Shown here piece after piece: positions 32,028-41,161 of a DNA stretch of 41,161 nucleotides (the stretch's first letter is position 1; the number at the start of each line of letters is the position of its first letter). The notes under the pieces are model-generated. The model had not been told where the DNA came from. It ran no database searches and saw nothing but the letters and a program-made list of their open reading frames with translations. Source of the stretch: Toensbergia leucococca (taxonomy: Eukaryota); NCBI GenBank assembly GCA_022813965.1, contig JALDZS010000201.1, positions 1 to 41,161 on the forward strand. Reading direction: 5' to 3'. Position numbers and translations under genes: made by a program.

Positions 32028-32434
32028 GTGAGGGCTGGCTCGTTGGAAATCCACTGTCGAGCATCGATACCTCGATACATCTGTATTTTATTACTTCTCT
32101 TGTCGCTACTTTACATGGTACTGGTACTGGTCCTTCCTTCCCTGGTCAAACGGTTATTACTGCTTCTAGGCTTCTCTTCGTCATGACGTCGCACTTACCA
32201 TGGCTCTTCTCTGACGCGATATGGCTGGCCGATAATTTGTCTTGAGACCTTTTCCTTGTCTTCGATACCCATTCGCCTTGTCGCTTTATTTCCAGAGTCC
32301 GGCTCGTCTTCCGTTAATATTCGCCTTGTCGTCTTCTACTCCAGCAATTGGCTTGCTTTGCACATGATTCATCTTCTTGTCGCCTCCACTCCTATCCGCC
32401 ACTATCAACGCCGTGGACCTTCTTACTTTTAGTC

Positions 32435-32842
32435 TTCTTCTAGTTTCGATATCGACTGACTTCGGTGTATGTCTATCGGGACCTGAAGAATTCAACAAGC
32501 ATACGGAATATGCACGGCAAACCCACCACTTTTTCCCCAATCTGTGTGTCTCGAAGAAACAAAAGGCCCCATATTGCGACTGACTTCGGTGTATGTCTAT
32601 GAGGCCTTAATCACTCTTTTTTTTCAACACACGATCGCTACCATCTTTCTTTTATCTGGAGAACGGGAGGAATTCGATATTGACTGACTTTGGTGTATGT
32701 CTATTGGATTCGCCACCCACTGTTCGAGCGTACGATATGAGGAGGCAGGCATAATTTGGGGGAAAACCACTTTGGAGCATTTCGTTCGTGTTTCGCATTG
32801 ACTGACTTCGGTGTATGTCTGCGAGATGCGGGGGGGGGTGCT
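32435..32842 (+). ncRNA. Array of four structured RNA hairpins sharing the 21-nt motif GACUGAC-UUCG-GUGUAUGUCU (cis-element or ncRNA cluster, unknown family)
   Basis: Motif at 32454, 32578, 32682 (one C>T) and 32800. Each copy is flanked by a different 8-11 bp complementary stem, with G-U pairs that favour the + strand. Confidence 0.7.
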
Positions 32843-32849
32843 GCATTGG

Positions 32850-34200
32850 TGTATCTTTGGTCTTTTGTGGTGGAATGGAGGATAGGTTTTTTTTGGAGGG
32901 ATTGGGGGAAGGGTCGAATTGGTTTTTTGTTTTGGGGGGGGGAGGGGAAAGAAGTTTTGTGGTCCGAGGCTTTTTGTAGTTTCTTTTCCCATTTGTCCCC
33001 CAGCCCAGTTGCATGTTTTTTTTTTTTTGAAGCTCTTTTTCCCGGGAGTTTTGTAGGTGCTGTGCGTGCATGTTGTGCGTCAGAGGGGAAGGAACGATTG
33101 GTTGATTGATGGATTCGACCAAAATCCTGGACGATTTTTTCTTTGTGTTTTAGAGGCAATTGCGAGCGAGCGAGCGTGCGTGCGTGCGTTGCGGAAATTC
33201 GAGAAAAGGTATCGATTATAGTTTTTCTGTATCTTCCTAGAACAATCCCCTGATTTTCGAGAGGGGCCAGGCCTTTCTGCGGGCTTGCGCACATTTTGTG
33301 GAATTTTGTGATTTTTTTTCTGTCTTTTTTTAATTTTGATTTTTGAATGAAAAGTTAAATGAAAGTTGTGAGGTGTTGATTGTGTGTGTGAATTTGACTT
33401 GACTTGATAGCTTTTGCTGGTCCCCTGACTTCCCCGGCCTCTGCTTTGCTTTCTCACCCCCCCCGGCCCACCAACGGCCTGGTTTTGGGCGGTGAGGTGT
33501 GCTTTTTGGAGGATGCGTTGAGGGTTTTTCTTGTAAGTTTGGATGTCATGAAGATCGCGCTTTTTTTTTTTTAGTGTTGTGTGGTCGTAGGTGCAGATGA
33601 TGACACAGATGTTGTGAGGGTTGATGTTTTCTTTGCATCGAGTGAGGGCAGGCAGGGCGTTATCTCTTTTTTCTTTTTCTTTTTTTTGGATGTCATGAGG
33701 TTTCATGAGGGTTTTGGAAGGTTGTGTTTGTGGCAGTGGTTGGAACGATGGGTTGGTATGAGATTTAGAGGGTCAGGGTTTTGTTTGGCTCTGCTCTACT
33801 CTGCTCTGCTCTACTCTGCAATGCGAGACGAGGCAAAGGTAAGGGTGGAATGGAATTTGGGATGTAGGAAGTGGGGTTGATGGTTTGGATGGATGGGTGG
33901 ATATGTTGTGTGTGGGTGGGCACTTCAACACCCATCCCCCCACACTGCTAGGGTGGGTTTGTTAACTCGTTGATATTCATTCATTTTGAGGGTTTTGTGA
34001 AATCGTTTACTGGGTGGGGGAATGGGTCTTTGAGGGAAGGGGAGGGGTGAATGACTGAATCGGTTGGGGATAAAAATGGGTCTAAAAGTGAGTGAGTGAG
34101 AACAAGAGTCAAGGATGAAGAAGGGGGGGGCGGTATGGGTGACTTTGAATAGCCAGGGAAAGAAAAGGGGAGTAGATCTCTACACTGGTAAATGCTACCT
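32850..34200. repeat. Low-complexity T/G-rich intergenic region with microsatellites
   Basis: Poly-T and poly-G runs, (GCGA)n(GCGT)n at ~33162-33188, (CTCTG/CTCTA)n at ~33789-33819. Confidence 0.75.
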
Positions 34201-34244
34201 ACATATCAAATACAAAAAACCCATCCCCCCCTCCCGGCAACCCT

Positions 34245-35372
34245 TTAGCCAAATACTTTCAAAAATCCCCAAAGCCCCAACCCGCTCAGCACCGGAATCG
34301 TCAAATTATCGTCCAAACCCCCCAAATCCACAACCTCGCTCGCACTCGCCACAATCCCGCTCCACAACCCCACAACCCCCAACGCAACCCATCCCCCAAT
34401 GCGTCGCGATCCCCACCCCAACGTCCCCTGGAACATATACCCTTCCTGCTGCGCGCCCCCCCACCGCGGTACCGCCCATCCCCAGAACAACCCCGCTGTC
34501 AGCACCCCCACTACAGCTGCGGCAGCACTACCTGCGACGCTTTTGCCACGGCGTATACGCGGCGTGTATTGGCCCCAGGCGCGACCGATGCTGCTGGCGG
34601 CAGTGTCGCACCAGCTGAGCAGCAACACGCCCATGATACTGACGTCGTGCGGCAGGAATCGCAACACCATCCACGCGCCCAGCAGGTACCAAATGACGCC
34701 GTTGTAGCGATCGTTGACCTCGTCTTCACGCATCAGCGCGCCCAAGCAACGTACGTAGATGCGGTTCAGCGGCGGGAAGTGGTGGCGCAGGTACTCGGTT
34801 GTGGTGATGGGGATTAGTGCTGCTAGGAGTACCGGGTGGATGCTTGCGGGCGTGGTGCTGCGCGTGTATAGGTGTAGGGTGAAGAAGCCAATGCTGATGT
34901 GGAGGGCTTTGCGCGGGATTTCGTGGCGGTGGATGAAGGAGCGGAAGTGGCGGTGGATGGGGATGAGGCCGAGGGGGGAGGGGGAGCGGGAGAGATTGGA
35001 CCAGGAGGTGGTTTTTGGGGTTGCGGAGGTGGGGGAGAGGTGTCCGTTTGATGATGATGGCGATGTTGGTGGAGAGGTTTGTTGGGTTTGGGAGGATTTG
35101 GGGATGGGGGGCTTTGGGGTCGGGGTTGCGTTTGAGCGGCGGAGTTGGGCGGCGGCGGCGGTTTTGGGACTGCGGCTGCGGGTTCGGGCGCGGGTGTCGG
35201 AGGTGTCGGAAGAGGGTTCTTCGATTATTGGTGTTGTTGGAGAAGGGCGTTTGGAGGCGGCGGAGCGGGTTATGGGGGCGAAGTAGGATTCTTGGGAGGT
35301 GGTAGATGAAGAGGGAGTCGGTGAGGGGGGGATGACTCGTGGGGTACCGGGGGTCTGGTATTGTTGCGACAT
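34245..35372 (-). CDS. DGK1: CTP-dependent diacylglycerol kinase
   Basis: HRHEIPRKALHISIGF, NGVIWYLLG, LSWCDTAASSIGR, GKSVAGS and DDNLTIPV motifs; Ser/Pro/Thr-rich N-terminus; 375 aa. Confidence 0.92.
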   Translation of the reverse strand: MSQQYQTPGTPRVIPPSPTPSSSTTSQESYFAPITRSAASKRPSPTTPIIEEPSSDTSDTRARTRSRSPKTAAAAQLRRSNATPTPKPPIPKSSQTQQTSPPTSPSSSNGHLSPTSATPKTTSWSNLSRSPSPLGLIPIHRHFRSFIHRHEIPRKALHISIGFFTLHLYTRSTTPASIHPVLLAALIPITTTEYLRHHFPPLNRIYVRCLGALMREDEVNDRYNGVIWYLLGAWMVLRFLPHDVSIMGVLLLSWCDTAASSIGRAWGQYTPRIRRGKSVAGSAAAAVVGVLTAGLFWGWAVPRWGGAQQEGYMFQGTLGWGSRRIGGWVALGVVGLWSGIVASASEVVDLGGLDDNLTIPVLSGLGLWGFLKVFG

Positions 35373-35922
35373 GGTGGGTTAGGGCTAGGTGGAGGAGCTG
35401 AGAGAGTCGATGATGATGTGTTTGTAGCGTGAAATGGGCGGTGAGGGGTGGAAAGGTCGTTTGTTTTCGCGTTGGACGAGGTTTATGGACGTCGGAGATG
35501 CTGATGACCTACTTATAGCCGGAAGAGACAGTATGGACGGCTCTGTAAGATGGTATGGTAGACGATCCTCCTGCCCGCGTTGAGTTTGGTAGGTACTTAG
35601 TCGGTAGGGTAAGGCGGATGGAGCTTGGATCGGGATCTATAGGCAAAGCAAGGGTCGCGTTTCAAGTTGATGGAGGCCGAGTGAGCCGCAAAAGAAAGTA
35701 TTGTATTGCTATCATATATGGTATGGTGGTACGAGTACATAGAGACGACGGGATTGGACACTAAGGAGAAAAGAAAAATCAAGGGCATGACTGCATCACG
35801 TGCTGATAACGATAAGCCTTTCCTTCTTTCTTCTTTCTTCTTTCTCCCACACAACGACAAACTGAATATGTACATCGATATCTCGGACATGGCTCCCCAA
35901 TCCTACCTCAACGGCTAGGCCA

Positions 35923-37991
35923 ATGGATGCAAAATCCTCTTCTCCACGAGCATGGGAGGCTCTTACGCCTCCATTGGCAGAATGGATCTTGGATGCAGTC
36001 TCCACCATGGGCTATCGTCAAATGACCCCCGTCCAGGCCTCAACCATCCCTCTATTCATGACCCACAAAGATGTTGTTGTTGAGGTATACCTGGGAAGAG
36101 TGATAATCTCTTCTAAAGACAGTATTGATATGAAATAGGCCGTCACTGGTAGTGGAAAAACACTAGCTTTCCTCATCCCCGTCGTTGAAAGACTTCTCCG
36201 ACTGGAAGACCCCATTAAGAAGCATCATGTAGGGGCTATCATATTGTCACCCACAAGGTACGTGTTGAGAAATTTCTAAGAAGACGTGCTGCTGCTGACA
36301 CTTCATAGGGAGCTTGCGACTCAGATCTATGGTGTCCTACGATCGCTGCTGGCTTTTCATGGCCCATCAGCTACAGCCATGAAACCTGAAGATGAAATTT
36401 CTGATGAATTAGAAGAAAACGGAGATGACCCCTCGCCACCATCATATCCTGCATCGACACTCAAAGTACTACCCCAGCTTCTTCTAGGTGGGAACACTAC
36501 GACAGCCCAAGATCTCAGCCATTTCCTTAAAAACTCTCCAAATTTATTGATATCTACCCCCGGACGTCTCCTAGAGCTACTATCATCATCACATGTTCAT
36601 TGTCCACAGTCCTCGTTCGAGGTATTGGTACTCGATGAGGCAGATAGATTGCTGGATATGGGCTTCAAAGAAGACCTTCAGAAGATCCTTGGAAGATTAC
36701 CCAAGCAACGACGCACAGGTCTCTTTAGTGCTAGCGTTAGTGAGGCTGTAGATCAGGTTATAAGAGTCGGCTTGCGAAATCCTGTAAAAATATCTGTCAA
36801 AGTCAAAAGTACTACAGGTAAAGATGATAGAAGGACTCCTGCTAGGTATATCAAAGAACCTACATCTAGAAGCTCACACTGATAAAAAATCCTAGTCTCC
36901 AAATGAGCTACATCACCACGCCTGCGTCTCACAAGCTCCCTACCCTCTCAAAGCTTCTCCTTACTCTAGATCCAACCCCTAGTAAAACAATTATCTATCT
37001 TTCTACATGCGCAGCGGTCGACTACTTTCAGCATGTCATTCCATCGGTTCTGCCCCCCAAACGTGAAGGTCAATCCTTCAGCCTCATTCCTCTCCACGGC
37101 AAGCATCCTCCAAACGTCCGGCATAAGAATTTCATTCGCTTTACAAATGCTACTGTCCCTACTATTCTACTCACAACTGACGTCGCAGCACGAGGTCTTG
37201 ATATTCCACAGGTAGATCTTGTAATTCAAATTGATCCACCCAGTGATCCCAAAGTCTTCCTCCACCGCTGTGGACGAGCAGGTCGCGCAGGACGACGTGG
37301 ACTAAGTGTTGTTCTCCTACAACCGGGTCGAGAGGAGGATTATCTTGCATTCTTGGAAATACGAAAGACGCCGGTAACTCCATTAAGCACACCAATCGTT
37401 GTGGCCGATTCAGATGCCGAAGTGGCAACTGCAGCCATACGAAATACGGTCCTAGCTGACCGCGCTCTCCACGACAAAGCGCAACGTGGTTTCGTTAGTT
37501 GGCTGAAAGCTTATAGTAAGCATCAAGTAAGCAGTATCTTTCGTGTAAGTGATCTCGACTGGGAAGACTTAGGTAAAGCTTGGGGGCTTCTTAAGCTTCC
37601 AAAGATGCCGGAACTGAAAAGTTGGGCTGGAGATAAATCATTGGGCGTAAAGATGGATTTTAGCACGTATGCCTACAAGGACAAGCAGCGCGAGCAGATG
37701 AGGAAACAAATTATGATTGAAAGGGATGAAAAGTTCTCTCTGGTCACATCTGATCGTCAGCAGCTTCCAAGGAGAGAAGCCAAGAGGCCATGGAGTCAGA
37801 AGTTAGATCAGCATGACGAGAGGGAGAAGCGTAGGGACAAGAAACGAACACGTGGGGAACGAGAGAAGTGGGAGGCCATGACACCTGGTGAGCAAGAGAA
37901 ACAGCTTGAACTTGAGAGCATGATTGAAGATGTAAAGCGGATAAAACGCGCAGAAGACCAGTTGGAGAAATTCGAAGGGTTTGACGACTGA
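35923..37991 (+). CDS. SPB4: ATP-dependent rRNA DEAD-box helicase; exons 35923-36084, 36139-36257, 36309-36845, 36896-37991
   Basis: Q motif [43 protein letters not shown] and HRCGRAGR; three GT-AG introns restore the frame. Confidence 0.95.
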
Positions 37992-38152
37992 CTACTCGCT
38001 TGAATATGTCACAATTTTTCGAAATCTATCATTCTGTCAATACACAATCCCTTATTATTCCTCACTACCTTTCTCCGTCTCAGTGAATCAGAAAGGAAAG
38101 AAGATTTGGAGAAATCAAGAGAGGTCTTATTGCCATGTCTGACCCGCGTACA

Positions 38153-38781
38153 TCATATACAGCAGCAGCTTGTTTTTGGCATTTCCAAATCCCACCTATG
38201 TCGCACCTCCATCACAAGGCGGCTGCCAGACCCAATAAATGCACCACCACAATGACTGCCAGCAGGCCCCCAAATATGATTTTCATCCAGAACATCAGTA
38301 GCGATGACATTCTAATTCTCATCAACGCTCGACCAACAACTCTGCGCGTTTGGAGGTAAATGTGTGAAACACACCGCCATCGTATTCGTCGTTGCAGGTC
38401 TGGGTATTCACTCGGACCCGGCAACTGACTTGAGGCGGCCGAGGCGAGCGATACCACGCTTTGTTACATCCGTTGATTGTGGATTTCGTCGTATTCGAGT
38501 CGGAGCACGTGCCCGGCTATGTTGCACTTAGTTGGTGGTTAGTGAGCTGTTCCTCTTTCTGAGGGATTTTTGAGGAGGGCTAGCTTACGGTGGATGGAAT
38601 GGAGCAGTCTATCATGATGTTGAAAGCGCCGATGGTGGTGGTGGTTGTTGTTGTGGAGGCTAGAAGCGGTTTTGGCTGCGGTGGTGATGATGGGGGAAGA
38701 CAGAGTGGTGGTAGGTGGCAACGTAGAGGCGGGACCGAATAGGTAGATTAGGGCCAAGAAAAGCGGGAGTTGGATGTGCAT
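38153..38781 (-). pseudogene. Small secreted Cys-rich (effector-like) protein gene, apparently frameshifted; intron 38588-38517
   Basis: Signal peptide MHIQLPLFLALIYLFGPAST. A shifted frame gives TTTTIGAFNIMIDCSIPST|PGTCSDSNTTKSTINGCNKAWY...SCRVRVNTQTCNDEYDGG, and a further shift gives QSCWSS...HCGGAFIGSGSRLVMEV. GTAAGC...CTAAC...TAG intron. Confidence 0.55.
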
Positions 38782-40450
38782 TGTTGGAGTGTTTGGTTTC
38801 GGTGCGTCGTTTTTTTTGGGTTCAGGTTGTTGGGGTTGAAGATTCAAAATGTGGAAGAGCTTGGAAGATTATGTGATGGGAGATGAGTTTTATGTGGGAC
38901 GAGAATGACAGCAGGCTCACTCTGGTGAGAAGCAGAGGTCTGGGAAGGGGGGATCGGGTTGTGGTTTTGATTTTATATGTGTTGAGGACCATCAACAGTA
39001 TAGAAGGTATTGTGTGAGTTGAACATGATGTGTCAGAGGACTGATTGCTAATTTTCACAGACTCGATAAATAACCAGATCTCAACACTCTCCACATACAA
39101 CTCGCACTCTTTTCACCGTTCACAAATCATCAGCATGACGTCTAGAAGTCCATCATGGCCCATAACTCGCAGTCATATTCATCACTCATCCCTGACAGAT
39201 CTGCCTTCTTCGGCACTTGATCGTTCACAGGACTGAAAACACCATCTATCATCCTTTTTACTTGTATTTTCCTCCAAATTTCTGCACCTCTCCTTTTTCA
39301 ATCCGTAGACCACAAGCAACGCTCGTAGCTGTGGGCTCGGACTGGGCAATCTGGGTGGATTGGTGGATGTGTGGGCGAGAGTCTTTGGTGTCAAGGAGGG
39401 AGATTAGATGTATTTGCCCTCAGTTGTAATACTGTTTTCCATCACAACGGCGCCCAACTCTCCAAAGCCTTTCCCAGTTGAGGGGGAAAAAAACACACTC
39501 ACCCTTTCAACTGAATGCTTGGAAATATATATCTTCACATGCACAACAATCAATCAACCCATTTCATCCGACCCCATCCTACCCCCCCATCAACGCACCG
39601 CACCACACACTCAAACTCAATCTCTCTCTCTACTCTATAATTTCAACCCCTCACTTTCATACAAGTCACTCAGCTTATCACCCCCGCCATTTCAGTGCTA
39701 ATAATCACACTCACATACAGTGTTTAAGAAATGAAAATGATCAAGTTGAAAGAAAATGACTGATTTTACATTTTTACACTGAGAAACTTTGATTCTTTAT
39801 TATTTAGTTTAATCATCTACCTTTTTTTTTTTTTATTTTTTTCTCATTATATATTTTTTGGTGTTGACTTATAGTCTTTTCTCTTTTCTTGATGAAGATT
39901 TAGATGGTTGATGATGAGAAATAAATGAGTGAGTTTGATGATGATGAGGGGTATATTCAGAGTCTTTATTTTTGAACTTTTTATTTTTTTTTTAAAAACA
40001 AAGAAGAGAAAGGGGTAGTGAAAAGATGTATATTGTAATGAGATGAGGGAAACTTTGGATGGGGGTTTCTTTTTTTGTTTTTGTTATCATTATTGCGATT
40101 GGGATCAGGATTGGCGCGGGGGACAAAAGACTGGAATGAGTGGCGAGACAGATGGGGGCATATATATTTCCGACCAAGGCCAAGAAAACTAAAAAAAAAT
40201 AAAAACAACCCCAGTTGCATGCATGTATGGACGGACGCTCCCTGATATATTTCAAGCCCGACCCTCACAGTCCCCCCCCTCCCTCCCCCCCCGGCTTTTC
40301 CGTCATATCTTTCCCAGAATATCCCAAGAACCCCATCTCTTAGAAATGGGCCCACCAACAATAGGCTTCCGAGAAAAAGGTTACACATCATATAAGAACC
40401 ACACCACACCCCCGGCCTCTAAAAACCAAGTAATGTAAAGGCTCAATTAT

Positions 40451-41161
40451 CTACTCGCTAGTGAGATCCAGAACCTCGACCTCTTGGAACACGTTCCGTT
40501 CTCTCACGACCCCGGCTTTTACCTCCCAGCTAGGGACGTCTTTCCATGCGCCTGGTAGGCTCTCTCGCACTGCGATAAGTTCTTTTGCTTTTTTGGAGTG
40601 CCGGGCTGGGGAGAGGGGTTGGTGGGAGGGGGTGGGTGGGGTTGTGGTTGTGGTGAGGTGTGAGGGAGTGCGGTGTGAGCTGGATTTTTGACGGGTAGGG
40701 GAGAAGAGGAAGGAAGGGGATGGGAGGGAGGCGGATGAGGAGCGTGAGCGGTTGGAAATTGGAGTTCTGGGAAGGGGCTTGGGTGACTCGTGTGAATGCT
40801 GCGGCGTTTGGGGATCATAAGACTTTGATTCATATGGCGTTAAGGAAAGTGCTGGATGGTGGTGGTGCTCGTTCGCGGTAGAGCGAGGGTTATTTACTCT
40901 GCCTATATGCGAAAGATTTTCGAGATTTGTTGTTTCAGAGGTATTCAAGGGGGGTGAAGGTGTCCTTGTATATTTCTTCTTGCGACTAGGTGACGCTTGA
41001 GGTAATGCAAAGTCTGGCTGATCGTTTCCAGTCGTAAAATTGGGTTCGATTGAGTCATCAAGGTCAGCAGGCTGCGGCGAGGAGCTGCCTCTGTTAAGGG
41101 GCTGAGATGATGAACCATATATTCCCAGCGCTGAATATCTCTTTGCTTCGGAGATTTTGAA
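40451..41161 (-). CDS. 3' end of a gene running off the window; disordered C-terminus, possibly an XPG-family (GEN1/Yen1-like) nuclease
   Basis: Frame open from the window edge to TAG at 40451. Terminal motifs ELIAVRESLPGAWK and VEVLDLT recall C-termini of Pezizomycotina XPG-family proteins (from memory; the catalytic domain is not in the window). Confidence 0.55.
   Translation of the reverse strand, partial: FKISEAKRYSALGIYGSSSQPLNRGSSSPQPADLDDSIEPNFTTGNDQPDFALPQASPSRKKKYTRTPSPPLNTSETTNLENLSHIGRVNNPRSTANEHHHHPALSLTPYESKSYDPQTPQHSHESPKPLPRTPISNRSRSSSASLPSPSFLFSPTRQKSSSHRTPSHLTTTTTPPTPSHQPLSPARHSKKAKELIAVRESLPGAWKDVPSWEVKAGVVRERNVFQEVEVLDLTSE

Noticed and set aside
32454..32820. CRISPR array
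   Set aside because: Repeat-spacer look is superficial: eukaryotic context, no cas genes, 83-103 nt spacers, and spacer ends pair across each repeat, which CRISPR spacers do not.
32624..33880. Lys/Pro-rich ORFs of 100-208 aa
   Set aside because: By-products of poly-T/G low-complexity sequence with no domain signal.
34115..35305. Plus-strand ORFs overlapping DGK1
   Set aside because: GC-rich antisense shadows.
39440..40440. ORFs or an element in the AT-rich interval
   Set aside because: Homopolymer-rich low-complexity DNA with no TIRs or coding signal.

Overview
Eukaryotic DNA from a filamentous ascomycete (Pezizomycotina). Evidence: short GT/GC-AG introns with CTRAC/CTAAC-type branch sites, a HET gene, and fungal-type RPS0, DGK1 and SPB4. 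Conserved housekeeping pairs (RPS0/mitochondrial S15 head-to-head; DGK1/SPB4 head-to-head) alternate with accessory blocks. Left part: an MDR/enoyl-reductase-like oxidoreductase, an F-box protein, a small membrane protein, a CpG-depleted FAR1/Mutator relic, a four-member array of COOH-NH2 ligase (Amidoligase_2-like) genes (three intact, one pseudogene) and a truncated SET gene. Middle: a HET gene with a GC-AG intron facing a stop-interrupted multipass membrane gene, then a 1381-aa disordered protein with TPK repeats. The most striking unexplained feature lies 0.4-0.8 kb downstream of that gene (32435-32842): four regularly spaced copies of a 21-nt motif, each at the tip of a hairpin whose lower stem differs in sequence between copies but keeps its base pairing. 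This points to a repeated structured-RNA element. All calls are by eye; no searches or folding programs were run.
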